DNA of 64,000 nucleotides from Octopus sinensis (GCF_006345805.1 NC_043008.1:2294001-2358000), one strand, 5' to 3'. Counted from the first letter of the stretch, positions 40,756 to 55,185 are shown. The notes: generated by a model not told the origin, from the sequence alone. Numbers and translations are program-made.

Positions 40756-43569
40756 ACACGAATAAAATATTTATATAAAGAATATAAAAATCAAATATGA
40801 ACCACACATTAGTCTGTTTCCAATTAAATTACATGAAATCTATTTTAATACTTACGCTAAAAGTGGCAACGTTGTCCATGAGATGTATGCTTAGCATAAC
40901 AATAACGGTATGAATAATAACAATTATTTTAATGACATTAGCAATAATATAAATACTAACTGCATCAATAAATCGGAAAAGAGGGAATAATTTTGACTCG
41001 ACAACAACGGTAATTTAAAAAAGTATTTGTAGATTAATAATGGTTTTCAATTGTTACAAATCTCTCTATATATAATACGCTTAAATCCTTGGAATATTAA
41101 TAGATTTCAACCAGAATAACGATATTTAAATCGATGAGAAGCTGTAAATCCGAAGAATGTTATGTTACCGTGATCAGTAAATATCCTGTGTCCTAAATAT
41201 TCCGAGAAACTGTTATTTACTTGATGCATAATACCAAGGCTGAAGAGAATAATAGAAGTGTGGAAACTGTTGTTGCAAGAAGGGTAAAGCCAAAGCAAAT
41301 ATTGAAACAAGCTTTCAGGGCTCTCCTCTTTAAATTCGAGAGTTATATACATGTGTTTTTCTTTTTCTTTTTCTTACACACACGCCAAACATTTGCAAGT
41401 TTAATTGCAGCATCTTAAGATGTTAACAAAAGTCTAAATTCAATGAGTACATAATTAATATTATCAACAACTATATAATTAACACCAACTTATAAGGAAG
41501 TGTTAATGACTGAAACCGCCTTCAATAGTGCGTAAAATGTATAGCTGTTTGATGAACCGCAAAATTCCTCGGACTTTAATTTTGGAACATAAACATTAAT
41601 GTAGTTGCACAGTTTACGCTTCCTTATCGTTGTTATTAACATTATTATTAAGCGTTTATTCGGGCTTTACGTTTTGAAATTCACCATTTAGCGTTTAGAT
41701 TATTCTGTCAAATGTAATATATATATGATGAAATCGTTTTGAATTAGCCATGCACAGCATGGAATCTTTGAAATCATGTTGATGTGATTGTTTATTTTGT
41801 TTATTAGGATGATATGAGTGTTTATATTGACATTGTTGCGTAGGTGTGTGAAACCACATCTGACCAGTTTGATGATAAAACTGGTACAATATATAGCCCT
41901 GATATGACCGGTTTAAATGCTTATGGGTTAAATTCCTTTTATGTTTTCAGGGTCGATAAAATAAGTAGCAGTTTACAGCTGAGATCCATAGAATCGGCTT
42001 AGCCAACATATAAAATTTCAGGGTTTCTCAATATGATACAAATTATTATAACTATTATGTGACATCAATATAGCGTTAATTGATCATAAATATAACAAGC
42101 TATTTTTTTCGTTTTCTAATGCATTTAAGCCAGTACTTTATCGATGTCTATTAATTATCAAAGTTTTCCAACAGAGGAGAAAAGACACGAATTGCTGTCA
42201 TCACGAATATTGGATTGTACTTCTAGAACGCTTCTCCCTTTAAAAAATATGCATCCTCACCCAATTTCTCTTAGCCACTTATGACTTTCTCCTCTCATCA
42301 TCTATATACTCAAATTTAACAATCTCAGCTTCCATATAAGAAGGCACACGCTACTCTAGGCCAATACGATCATCATCATCACCACCACCGCCATCATCAT
42401 CATAGTCGTCATCGTCGTCGTCGTCGTCATCACTTACCCAATATATTCGCCCCCTGCATTTCATCAGCTTAAAATTATTATCGTGTTTGGTAGTTTTTGT
42501 GAACTAACGCGTTTTTCTTCATGGCAGCTCTATGTACTCAAGGATAATTGTTAAACAAGATTTTCAAAATTTAAATAATATCCGTGATTTGTCCGTTTTA
42601 TTTTATCGTAGAAAAACAAGGGTGATTATTTTATTTGTTTCTATTTTTTCGGCTTCACGTCGACGCTGTTAACTATCTTTTTCGCTTTGTATATTAACAC
42701 CTGTTTACCAGAAAATACTTTGGTGTTTTCGTTTAGTCGTTCTACTCTAAAACATAAGTGTTATTATTTCAAATGCTCTGCGACTGTGTTTGTTACGATT
42801 ATATATGCAAGCGCATGGCGTCAGCAATAAAATAATAAATCTTTCCTTACAACAGAAAAAGGAAAACAAACAATTCTGCTAACACGAAACGGAAAAAGTA
42901 GTAACACGATTTCTTTTCAACAAGTGCTATAATTTCGGAAAATGAAATCTTGTACTTATATTATGCGCAACAACAATAAAAATATTTTTGTTACATTAGC
43001 AGACACATAAGTTTCACCGAATGGGAAAATAAACGAGGAGAAAATTTTATCCGTGAAGCCTTCCGTAACAAAGTTATATGGAAAGAAAGCACAGTCTGAG
43101 AATTAATTGCGGCAAAACTGGATTACAAGAACTGAAAGTGCTTGAAGGGAATTTGGATATACATAAAAATGGAGAAGGCTAATGCTTCATTTTCAGGAAT
43201 GAAGGGAATGATGCTTTTCATATAAACTCCGTGGATTAAAATACAGAAAACCTGGCAGTTGATTTGTCATCAATGAATTACTTATTGATGGATAGCTAAC
43301 AGGCCCATTAGTCTACACTTCAAAATCTTTTATGCGTTTCGCACAAAAAAATCTTGAAGAAGGACACCAAGCACTGACATTATCATGTAACCCCCACCCA
43401 CCATACGGTCGAAAAATGCAGGGTAGCCCTACGTTTTGATGGCATTTTGCTAAAAAACAGGAGCGCGCAGCGAGATAACTACGAACAATTGCAAATAATT
43501 ATGATCTGCAAGATTCGAAACTCTGTGCATGATTTTGTCCCTACTACTCTATCAATAATATTTGTATTT

Positions 43570-43750
43570 GAGGGCAGTCAGCTGGCAGAATAGTAAGCAT
43601 GCCGGAAGTAATGCTTAACGGCATTTTGTCCACCTGCAGGTTCTGAGTTCTAATTCCGCTGAGGTCGGCTTTGGCTTTCACTATTTCGTGGTGGATAAAA
43701 TAGGTACAAGTTAAACACTGTTGTCCATGTAATCGATTCATCCCCGCCGT
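43570..43750 (+). mobile_element. Diverged SINE family A copy
   Basis: gcagtcagctggcagaatagtaagcatgccgg...gttctgagttctaattccgctgaggtcggctttg matches the family A head and body. Confidence 0.8.
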
Positions 43751-45257
43751 TGTCCTTGTTCATAAACTTTCAGACCGATATTATTATCATTTGTAGTTGT
43801 TGTCATCGTAATAGTATTCGTCGTTGGAGTTATAATAGTAAAAATAATTGATTAGTTTCACTGACGCATACGAACATGGGTGAGTAAGTTGAGTTTCTCG
43901 CTTTCAATGACAACCCTGTAAAATAGGAACACTACAGCGACTATCGATGCCGCTGATATGCGAAAGACTGCATTGATTGTTGTGAAGAGAGAAAAACAAA
44001 TTGGAGAAATGATAATTACATATTCGTTTTACTTGTCATTCTCCTGAAACATGCACGACGCTAATTTCATTTTCAATTTTCTTTGAGTATTTTCAGAATA
44101 TTAATCTCAAGCGAAATGCTGGAAGATAAACATCTGAAAAAATACTAAAGATTATCACTCATCAACAAGAAGATCTTGTTCAAAGTTCGAGAAGCCATTC
44201 TCCCAGACATGACAAATTAGCAAAGTTATAAACAGGATTGTCGAGAATTTCATAAATCCTTTGAAAGGGAATATTTTTTTATTTAAATTTTCAGTAATTA
44301 TAGGCACGTGTTCCCTCTTGGGCGAATATACAGCACGCAACAACTGCAAAATTGTGTTTGCATTTCATCTTCAATGCTTACTCAGTAAAATTTTATCAAC
44401 AGTTTGAAATCTTGTATTTGATGTGTCTGTGTGTTTATATTTATCCCTATGTGCGAGCATTCGATTGCATTAGCACGGTCTGAACGATTTGCTTTTCCTC
44501 ATCGTTTCGTGCATGTGTTGTGAGTTAGGAGCACATTGTAAAGATGACATTGAATTCCCAGGCTTAATAATAAACTTCTGCGGTGATCCACGTAGTTACA
44601 AGTTAAATTCTAATATAAATTGCCAATAAACAGTGAGTGTAATGAAATGTCATGTATGTGTACACCTTGGCGAGAGAGCTGAAATATTTAAATTAAAATG
44701 ATGCAGGATATGCTGATTGAAATATATCATTGACAGGGATTCTGTCACTGTCACTACGTTATTCATTTCACCCAATACACATGTATTTGGATACATCGAA
44801 ATAGATAAAAGAAAAAAAAAAAGAAAAATTGCCAGAACTTATATTGGAAAGATTCTGATAAAATGTCTCAACCCCAGAAATAGAGCCTTTCCTCTTCGAA
44901 ATATCTAATTCCATGAAGGAATTCTCACTGATCGACAGATTTTCATGGCAAAATAGGTATTATGGAAAACTAAAGCTGGATTCGAAATGGCCAACGTTTG
45001 GGCCACATCATATTTCCTTCACAATATATCTATACCACATCTATACAGAAATCATTTTCATTTTCACAATACCACTGATTGAGCACCATGGTGTAATGTT
45101 CAAACTAATGCAGAATGCTTCGGAAATTTTATATTCCATTTTTAATTTACTTCAGTTCTCTTTATTTTATGCAGCAGTAAACATGGCAAAGGGGAATTGA
45201 AGTTTCTATACAATATTACTGTGGTCAAAGTATTTTCGAATTTCGGTGACGGAAAAA

Positions 45258-45293
<36 letters not shown>

Positions 45294-45421
45294 TGACAGA
45301 GAAATATATTTAATCATTACGAAAATATATCACAATTATGTGGTTGCTATTCTTAAGAGTATACATTGGAACCCTAGCATTGAAGTCATATTTCCTGGCA
45401 GAGATTATATGAAATACTCAC

Positions 45422-45457
45422 TAAATAGTCACAGCCTGTGGCGAAGTAGGTGTAAGT
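45422..45457 (-). CDS. Candidate 36-nt symmetric exon (LTPTSPQAVTI in phase 2, or TYTYFATGCDYL in phase 0)
   Basis: gttttccttttgcAG acceptor and GTGAGT donor. Confidence 0.35.
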
Positions 45458-45555
45458 CTGCAAAAGGAAAACTCAAACTACCATACAGGACGGAGAATGT
45501 TATATAAATTGAAACTTAAATCTCCATTCGTTACACATGCACATGTAAATATGGG

Positions 45556-45586
<31 letters not shown>

Positions 45587-46141
45587 GATATAGATATGAT
45601 AACATACATGTATACATGTGTCTGTGTATGTTCATGGGAATATGTGTTAGTGTTTGTATATGTGTTAGTGTGTGTGTGAGTGTATGTATGTGTGTCTGAG
45701 AGTATAGAAGTATATTTGGGTTTGCAGCAAACTAATTCAAAAGCACTTGTTGCCATATTTCTTTATGCTAAATATGTGTTACTGCATTACCGGTTCACCT
45801 GCATAGTCTTGCACTATATGTGCAGTTCTGTTTATGAAACCATGGGGGAAAAAACACATTTTGGATTACATGTATTTATGCACAGACGTGTCTTTCCACA
45901 CTGTATCTAAAAATCTATTAAAACAGTTTCATATTTTTATGCATATTTAATATACATCTACGTGTATTTGTTTATATGGTTCAATAAATGTCTTTATTGT
46001 AATGAAGGATAAAGAAAACATACGTCATAACTTCACCCCTTCCCGCAACGAAAGATAACAATACAAGCAACACGCATAAATAAAATGAATTCGTGTAAAT
46101 AACACAACAAATAAAATGAATATATTCAATTGCACTCTTAC

Positions 46142-46195
46142 GTTGTCACGTTGCTCGTGTTATGAACATCAACGAAATATTGTTCATATCGCACA
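46142..46195 (-). CDS. Candidate 54-nt symmetric exon (VRYEQYFVDVHNTSNVT)
   Basis: Only phase 2 is open; donor GTAAGA; weak pyrimidine tract; two N-x-S/T sequons. Confidence 0.25.
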
Positions 46196-48069
46196 CTGTT
46201 ATACATTATTTGTAGACATAATATTGAGTGATTTGAAAGTGGAATTATTTTCTATTACTTTTTTATTGACGTACAATTAAGAATTACATATAAAGCAAAA
46301 CAAAAAATAAAAGAACATTATAGCAATGATCCCCATTTTTAGAGTAGTCAGAAACCTGTTCCAAAAAGGCTCGAAAAGATTACGTAGACAATGGTAATAT
46401 AGATGTATGTATTTCACAAACATTGGACAGAGGTAAATGTGAAGTGAGGATTATAGGAATGAAAATTCGTGTAAAGGAACGCATATCTTGAGATTGTTTT
46501 CATCATTCGTTTCTTCAAACATTCACACAATATAAATACAAAAAAAATGTGTTAATTATATTCTTACGAACTCCCAGATTTCCGCAACATAAAACGTTAT
46601 GTTTTATACAGGCATCATAAACATTGCATTAATATTATTGATAGCCATAATTGCAATCACTTTAAAAATACGCACAAATCACGAATTATAAATGATTCAA
46701 TTTATTTATACAGTGACAAATGTCATGAGTCTAGAATAAGTCGGCATATTTCTACAGAGAATGATTGCTGAATATCCTGCTAATTGGCAACGGTCTTATA
46801 AAAGATCAGATGGTAAATGTAGTGTAAGATATCTCTATTCACTTTGAAAATCTCCTGCGAAATCGTATGACATCAAATCTCTACGACGGTGTATACAATA
46901 ATAGCACACACAGAAACGCTGTATTGGGCAAATGCTTTTACTTCATTGAATCGACCTAGATAATTAACTGATTATCGAACCACTCTCAGTTACAAAGCTA
47001 CTTTTACCTCTAATAGAATGCTAATGAATGAAGCAGAAAATCTTTTCACACGATCATTATCATGCCGGTTCAATGGCATATATATACAATATTACTAAGA
47101 TACTATTTCCATATTTTTACGATTCGAATGATGTGTCCTGTGTGTAAAAAGTCTCCAATGTTGGTAGTTAAAATTTGCCTTGAAATCACAGCAAAATGAA
47201 ACAGCATAAAGGAGTTTATATATTCCTGTTCGAAGAGTTGAAATCTTTGAACGAAACACCGTATGAAGTCCTACGATATTTCTCACATTTCTCAGATTTG
47301 TAATATATTGTCAGCTTCTGCGTTTAGCAATTCGTGTTTACATAATAACATCCATAATGATTAAAAAGGCATTTAAAATATAAAATGTTAGGTCAATATC
47401 ACGGCACCTTGTCGTAAGGATGAACAATAACCACAAACTTAGATGTCACTTGAGCGAGAGATAATGATGTTCCCATGATGGTCTCTACATTACTGAGATT
47501 GAGGGTGATGCAAAAGAGAGAGGGAAAAAGTTTCAATTGTGAAACATTGATAATCATTTAGATGAAGCACTGAATAGAACGTTAAAAGTGTATTCAATTA
47601 AATCGACCGCAGTACATATGGTTACTATATTTTAATATAGTATGAAGATTAACGAGAAATGTGCTTTTTGTGTTACGTACACTCATTCCCGACAAATGCT
47701 ACCTATGGCTAAAGAATATGTAGGAGCAATGCAGGATAGAGAATAAAAGTAGTCTATTAAAGGGGTGACAGATTTATGACTTTTAAATAGCTTTCGCCGA
47801 ATGAAAAACTACGTCCAGTTCGGCGGGGAATGAATACAGATTCAAATACACTGTAATTTAACAATTACATCTCACCGATCACAGTTCTCAACTGGTACCT
47901 CTATAATCGGTAAAGTCTATCTCAGATGTATTTGTACTGAAAACTTAAAGGGTTAAAAGAAATGCCAACGTTTATATCAAATTAAAATGTGTGTGCATAT
48001 TCTGTGACCTAATATTCATAATGTATGCGTTCACAGACACACACACATGTGCGCTCAAAGAATCACAGG

Positions 48070-48435
48070 CACGCACATACATATATGTATATGTATGCAT
48101 ATGCAGAGGTAAAGAACATTTCGGCCATGAACGAGCGCGAGATTAAACCTAGAAAGTTCCCCTCTGAGGCCCGGGTAAGTTTGTAAATGGAAACCCAGAG
48201 CTGTCGATGCATAATCATCTTCCCCCTCCACACCACTGATGCTATCCAAGCAAAAAGCAAAGGGGCCGATACAGCTTGGAACCTGTGACTTTGCAACATA
48301 TTTCTACAGCTGAGTTCACCGCCACAACGTGGAATAAAGAGTGTGGCTGAAGAACACTATAACACACATTCCGGTCCAGGAACCGAAGAAACTATCTCAT
48401 GGATGTGCGCCGGAATCTTTATCCGCTGAGGCATT
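48070..48435 (-). mobile_element. Diverged SINE family D copy
   Basis: aaggggccgatacagcttgg and the head cggttcctggaccggaatgtgtg resemble 33700-34118. Confidence 0.65.
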
Positions 48436-48776
48436 TGACTTCACTATAAATGCATAAAGGAACGTATTTCGAAAGAAAAGAAAAGAAGAGAGAGAAGTCG
48501 AAAATAAGGTTTATGTAATAATATCTATTGGATTGAACCTAATATCCATGAACGAAATACCCGGGTTTGAGTCACGTTGCACGTAACACATATGTGTATG
48601 AGGTAGGTTTGCATGAATGTACACGTATTGTGTACATGGGTATATGCAAAGTTCGCGCATATATAGTAATAAATGTATTCAATTTGAATACATACGCATG
48701 TAAGAGTGCCTGTGTATAACATTATACTGGCACAGCTGTCGAAATATCTATAAACGTATTGATGTATGACACAAAC

Positions 48777-48816
<40 letters not shown>

Positions 48817-48847
48817 TATATAATATATATATATTATATATTATATA

Positions 48848-48895
<48 letters not shown>

Positions 48896-49486
48896 GCATT
48901 TATATTTATATATTTATAATATATGTGTGTGTGTGTTTGTATGTGAGAATATCCATTCACACAAGCATGTGAACTCGTGTGTATATAGTCATGGGGCTGT
49001 ATATAAACTTGCGCTTGTTTCTACACTTATATGAGTGCGGTTATGTATATCTACATGTAAAACAGAATAAAGAGCAAAGTGTAAAAATGTACGAATTGAC
49101 AAACATAGCTAATTGAATTAGTTACAACATTACTCCTGAATGGAATCAGATGAAAGGAAGAGAATTTATTGAAATATAAATGTGAGGAGACCATAAGCAC
49201 CAGTAAAATTTATAGTGGAGAATATAAGGAAGGAATGCTTTCTTTAATAATGTAATGGAAAATTAAATTTTAGTAAATTGAATAGTGTTTTTTTTTTTCA
49301 AATTACTATTGAATAATGAAGCATAGAATGTGAATGCGTAACCTATGCCATGTTATCTATATGCAAGAAAGATGTAAGCTATAAAGTATTTAGTTTTGTA
49401 TTTTCATGAAATTAACTTTGATACGTCTTTTGTTGATTTACACATTGATCGTTTAGGATAGGATTTAACTCCTCCTTCTGACTTAC

Positions 49487-49498
49487 CTGTGGAAGATG
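49487..49498 (-). CDS. Candidate 12-nt micro-exon
   Basis: cattttatttaaaattgtAG|catcttccacag|GTAAGTC; the donor is a perfect consensus CAG|GTAAGT. Confidence 0.35.
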
Positions 49499-49524
49499 CT
49501 ACAATTTTAAATAAAATGTATATA

Positions 49525-49573
<49 letters not shown>

Positions 49574-50309
49574 AGTATATTAAGTAATCAACTTATGTAT
49601 TTTGATGTGGAATCAGGAAACATGGCACTCGCATTGCAGAAAATTTCATGAGAAATATATGCGTATTGCAGTTTGCATGTACTCACGTGACTTCGGATTT
49701 AATTTAGTTCAAATAAATGAGAAGCATATGTCATTTTCTCCATCTCTGATTTGAATAGAAGAACGTAAAGTTATATTTGCAAAGAGCAGCGTGACCGAAC
49801 GCAGCCCTTCACTCATTTGACACTCCATAACTAATTTCACCTTCTTACGCCTTATAGAGGTATAAAGCAAACGTGCAGAAACACGCATGCGCACATGCGT
49901 GTATGCATGCGGCTCGAGCACTCTCTCTCCACACAGTCACATGCACACCCACACACATTCACATATACGCATATGTATGGGTGTGTGTGTGTGTGTATCG
50001 CTAAACTGGGGATTTTGTGGTTGTGACCGACACATTGGAACGGGAATTGCCATATCACGTTTTCTGAGTAATATTATTCAAAAGCATTTCACATTTCTCC
50101 CGAAATGTGAAAGCAGTACATCGTGCTGCATATGCGGGAGCAGCCAGAAACAATGAACCACAGAATCCCTTGATGCAGCAGAGTAGCACCAGCAGAAGCC
50201 TTGCAAAGGTGTGACAGAGTCGCTCAGTATACACACCTGTCTATTCATTTTGAATAGACACCTGTCTATTCATTTTGCATATTTTTTAAAGCGTACCATA
50301 ACGACACTC

Positions 50310-51205
50310 GTCTTTGTGAGTTTTATCATTTGAGCTAAACAAAAACAAATTGTTAAGGTTTAGAATTTGCTTTTAGGCGTTACCATAGTTTTTGGTACAT
50401 TTGTCCTCAGTAGTTCTTTATCAGTAGTTCTTTATATATAAATAGCATCATGGGATTCTTGTAGTTAAATTTAAAATGAGTTTTCTTTTGAATAATATTT
50501 GGACTCAAAGTTGATTTGAGGCGTTAATCTCCCGTTTGTGACCTCACATATTTGCTACTTAACCGATTTTCTAAGTTTTTATATCGAATTGTAACTTAAG
50601 ATGTCAACAATCTCAAAATATAAACATGATCTAATTTGGTTTTAAAATGATTTAATGAGAAGCTTAGAAATGGTTGTGTATGAGTAAAGATTGACCTTAA
50701 GAATATTATCCACGCTCTACCGTGTGTGGATGATATTTTTTGAAAAGATAAGCGCAACGACACTCAATTTTATTAGTTCACTCGTATGAGGTAAACAATT
50801 TTGGGGGGGGGGGGGATTTCAATTTGATTTTAAGCGTTAACACTTTTTTTCGGCACATTTGTCCCCAGTATTTTATTTTTCTACAAAATGGCATCATTGG
50901 ATTCCACTAGTGGAGATCTATCAGAAACGTTGAATTTAAATATGGATTTCTTTTGAAGCAAGAATAATATTTGGAGTCAAAATGGATTTCATGCGTTAAT
51001 CTCCTTTTATCCTCCGTTTTTTTTTCTGACTATTTTTGCAAATAAATAATAGGGATAGATTCCTCTCGCTGAAATTTATCATATAATTTAAAGCATCTAA
51101 TTTCGTTAAAATCTGAGTTAGTTACAGAGCCTAAAAAGTGGTTGTGTATGAGTAAATGTTGACCTTGAGAATATTATTCACGGATTACAGTGTGTGAATG
51201 ATATT
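50310..51205. repeat. Diverged two-unit tandem repeat, period about 455-470 bp
   Basis: Collinear blocks: aacgacactc; gg.acatttgtcc.cagta; gcatcat.ggattc; aataatatttgga.tcaaa; gcgttaatctcc; tggttgtgtatgagtaaa..ttgacctt.agaatattat.cacg. Confidence 0.85.
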
Positions 51206-51239
51206 CATATGCCAGATGAGTTTCAATTTCTATTTTGTA

Positions 51240-51373
51240 AATCCACTCACAAAGCTTTTGTTGGTACGAGGCTATAATAGAGGACATTTGTTCAAGGTAT
51301 CACTCAGTGAGACTGAACGCGGAACTATGTGGTTGAGAAGTAAGTGTCTTACCACTCAGCCACGTCTGCACCT
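51240..51373 (-). mobile_element. SINE family C, 5' part
   Basis: Reverse complement aggtgcagacgtggctgagtggtaag...aaccacatagttccgcgttcagtc...tatagcctcg...gtggatt matches the head at 61300. Confidence 0.75.
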
Positions 51374-53250
51374 ATATTGACTGTGGAAAGCAAGGATGAA
51401 AGTACTTCTTGAAGACATTTGTATGCCGGTAACATCTATGAGATTTTTAGCGAAGACATTTCAGGAATATTGTAATTGAAATAAATATTGCCCACTGATA
51501 AATATTACAAATTCGGTTTACGGAATATATTCAAAGAGAAACACATTAGATTTGAGGAGAATATTCGTGAGGAAAAGTCAGCATGAAATGTCTGTCCTTT
51601 TGATTATCGTCTAATATTTGTGGACAGCAGGAAGTGCTAATTGTAGGTGAAGTGGATAGTAAGGACAAAAATCACCCACCAAACGGATTACATGTGTGTC
51701 TGTATATATTTTCATAAATTTTATTCCGAGCTAATTTCTCATTCGTGACTTATGAATTTTAAACTGCTTAAATGTGATTGATTCACCTCAAGAACAATGC
51801 TATTTCACATTCCCATGTTTTGGTGGGGGAAGGAAGTGTTTTAAATAAATAAATATATATATATATATATAATATATATATATATTATATATATATATAT
51901 AATATATATATATATTCAGAAAACCTGATTTAGAAATAATCTATTTACATACCGAATTCCGTAGTTAGTGCATTACATTCACTTATAATGCAATATATTA
52001 AATTCATATAACGTTTTATATTCTCAATCTTTCAAAGTAATAGCCAGATGACGAAACTGTTTATTTAGAAGGTTTAAAGATACCGAAATATATCATGTGC
52101 GTTCAACTTTAGTACTTTACTATTATATATTCACATTTCAGCGTCTTTTACTTTGCTCAGCCGCAATCTTTGTGGTTTTTGACGATGCATTTTCTCCTAA
52201 TTACAAAAAAGAATATGAAATAACAGAAATGATTCATTTCGTATTACGTATTATTCGTCACAATTAAATCTTTATTTTTGAGCGGAAGTATTCCAAAGTA
52301 TTTTCTGTAATACCAATATAGGAATAGTTATTTATCGAATATCTCTCTATTAAAAAGATGAACTAAAGTTTTGAAGTTCTCTGATCTATTTGGTAAAAAA
52401 CATTGTTGGATGTTTAAAAAAATGCACTTCCATACAACGTTTTGTGTATGCGCTTATCCATTTCTGATTCTAGTTGCGTATTTAGGAACTTCAGTTTGTC
52501 CACGTGTGCGTGCGTGTGGACATGTGTGTATAGATGTCGATTTCAATGATTACATCTGTGCTATTTTTTTGCTTTCTTGCATTGGTTTGTGTGGATAAAT
52601 CCACGTTTTGCGAATATACATCGCTTTGTTTAATTTGTGATGTTTGTTTTTATGCTTTAGCACATTTTTTCACGGATATGTTTGATACTTTGAGAAAATA
52701 TTTGTATCTTTCATTTCTATGATTCCGGTGTGGTATTATTTTATTATATCTGACTGTCCACGCACGATTTCGTGTTTATTTTGTAGTGCGATTGTATATA
52801 TGCTAGCATCTTCTTACGGTTTCCGAGCTTGGGATATAATATGTCATATCAGTAGGACGGTAATCTTCTACGATGTTACAACTCGCATTGCAGAACAGAA
52901 ATAAGATCTCGTTACAGAGGTGAACCCACAACAGCAAAATACAATTTTATTAATCAGGAATCTAACGGATGTAATTCGTTACATCAGACGAAACTTATTT
53001 CAGAATTAGTTTGAAGCATGTCATATAAAGATATACCTGTCTATAACAAAAATATTAAAAAAAACAATTAAACCGGTATCATATTCACAAGAAAAAGAGA
53101 AAACCAATCATATGGGAAAATGGAAAGAAAACTCAGAGATTTAAAATCGTTATATATTAGACTTTACATTTCGTGTCAGTAGATTGGGAGGAGGGGCTTA
53201 TGTAAAAAAATCAGTACCTTGTAAACTAAATACGCCCGAGAATACCTGCA

Positions 53251-53302
<52 letters not shown>

Positions 53303-54497
53303 TACACACACGTACACACTCTCACACACACAAACGCACGGACACACACGTATTTCTATAATTATAATTTCTTATATCTTAAACATATAACGTATGTCTA
53401 AAGCATTGGAAAATAGATGTTAAACTAAATTAAATAGTAGCTGTGGCAGGCAGAGTGACACATTCGATGATATCTTTGCATCATGAACAGCAAAGTTGAT
53501 TAGGATCTATAGGCAATTTATGTTTAGACGAATGCCGTGATTCCACAGCATAAAATATTGACGCAAGCGTAGAAACACTGAAGTAATTAATGCATTATTG
53601 TTTTTTCTCAGTCAAAATGTGTATTTCTTTTCTATTTTCTGTTTAGTGATTAATCATTCAATATGCTTCTACAATCAGTGCCAACCCCATTCCGCATTCA
53701 ATGACATTCATGTAACTTCCAGGATTCATATATACACATTTATATATTTTTCTTTGCTGTTCTTAAACTTCTTAAAAATTTTTCTTTTTCTATCATAATC
53801 TGGTTTCAAAGAAAATCACTTGTGTAGTGATATTTTGTTTCCCTGATGGAAGATTCCTTGCTTTATAACATACGAAGTATTTTTATAACATTCTCTAACA
53901 TCGGCAGTCCGTGTCAAATATTTGGCACATATACTATTAAGATTATAACAAGGACGCAGATATTTCCGGCAAGACTATTGTGCGAATTAGTGCTCAAAGA
54001 TAAAATCACACAGAATATTCAGCATTCAGAATAAATATTAGAAGAAGAAATAAGGAACAACGACATTATTAAATGAAGGAAAAGGTTATGATATATCCAT
54101 GGAGCATAATACAATGTTTGCACTGGTTGTGGGTTGCGGAAATACAACACGAACAACACATGTTGCTACATACGAGAACTGAATGTAAGTGATTGAGCTG
54201 GTATAGGATGCAATGCCTGAAATTGAATATAAGTAATGAAGGAATATATGTGCATCATATCTCTGTGACGGGGAATACAAGAGTTTACTGAGGTTGTCGG
54301 GGGAGACAGCTCACTCTTGCATATAGAAATATGATGGTTTTTATGAGTTTATATTAACGACACTTTTTCTTACGCCGCCTTTGTCTTCATATATATATAT
54401 ATATATATGTATGTATAAGGGTGAAAAGGAACACACGAGTTGATATATATGAAAAAACAAGTCAAAATAGAAAATGCTAAAATAATTTTATAAAGAA

Positions 54498-54545
54498 CAT
54501 TTCAGTACCGGTTTCGGTCATTTTGAGACCTTTTCAACTGTAATG
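54498..54545 (-). ncRNA. Minimal type-I hammerhead ribozyme (U3-A8 variant) in a solo pLTR-like fragment
   Basis: cattacag-TTGAAAA-ggtc(tcaaaat)gacc-GAAA-ccgg-TA-ctgaaatg: stem I 7 of 8 pairs, stem II 4 bp, GUA cleavage triplet. Confidence 0.8.
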
Positions 54546-54657
54546 ATTAAATAATTAAATTTAGAAAAATTAAAAGAAAAGTTTTTTTAAAGGAATATTT
54601 GTATAGTGTTCAAATACAAGTGGCATTATGCCTTTCTCTGTCTCCCTTGTTTGCACT

Positions 54658-54747
<90 letters not shown>

Positions 54748-54761
54748 CACATACACACACA

Positions 54762-54813
<52 letters not shown>

Positions 54814-54818
54814 CAATG

Positions 54819-55074
54819 TAAGCAACAAGGATATACAGGATTAATGCAGTACGATCGTTTCAGACCACTCCATTTAATTGAACAATATAATGATTGCATT
54901 GTTGAATTGAATGGAGTTGCGTGAAACGATCATACAGCATTACTTCTGGATATCCTTGTTGCTTATTTTGATTCTAATTACCTTATTTTAAAATTGTATG
55001 GATAATATTCTTCTAATTCTGGTGCCTCAACTTAAGTAACTTATTCATCTGAAATCTAATTTTTGCCCGCCTAT
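54819..55074. mobile_element. Asymmetric fold-back element (about 68-bp arms + one-sided tail)
   Basis: taagcaacaaggatat...ttgaacaat (from 54819) versus attgttgaa...atatccttgttgctta (to 54965); the tail is shared with 32625-32765; (TA)n on both sides. Confidence 0.75.
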
Positions 55075-55120
55075 ATATATATATATATATATAGATATAT
55101 ATATATATATATATATAATA

Positions 55121-55185
<65 letters not shown>

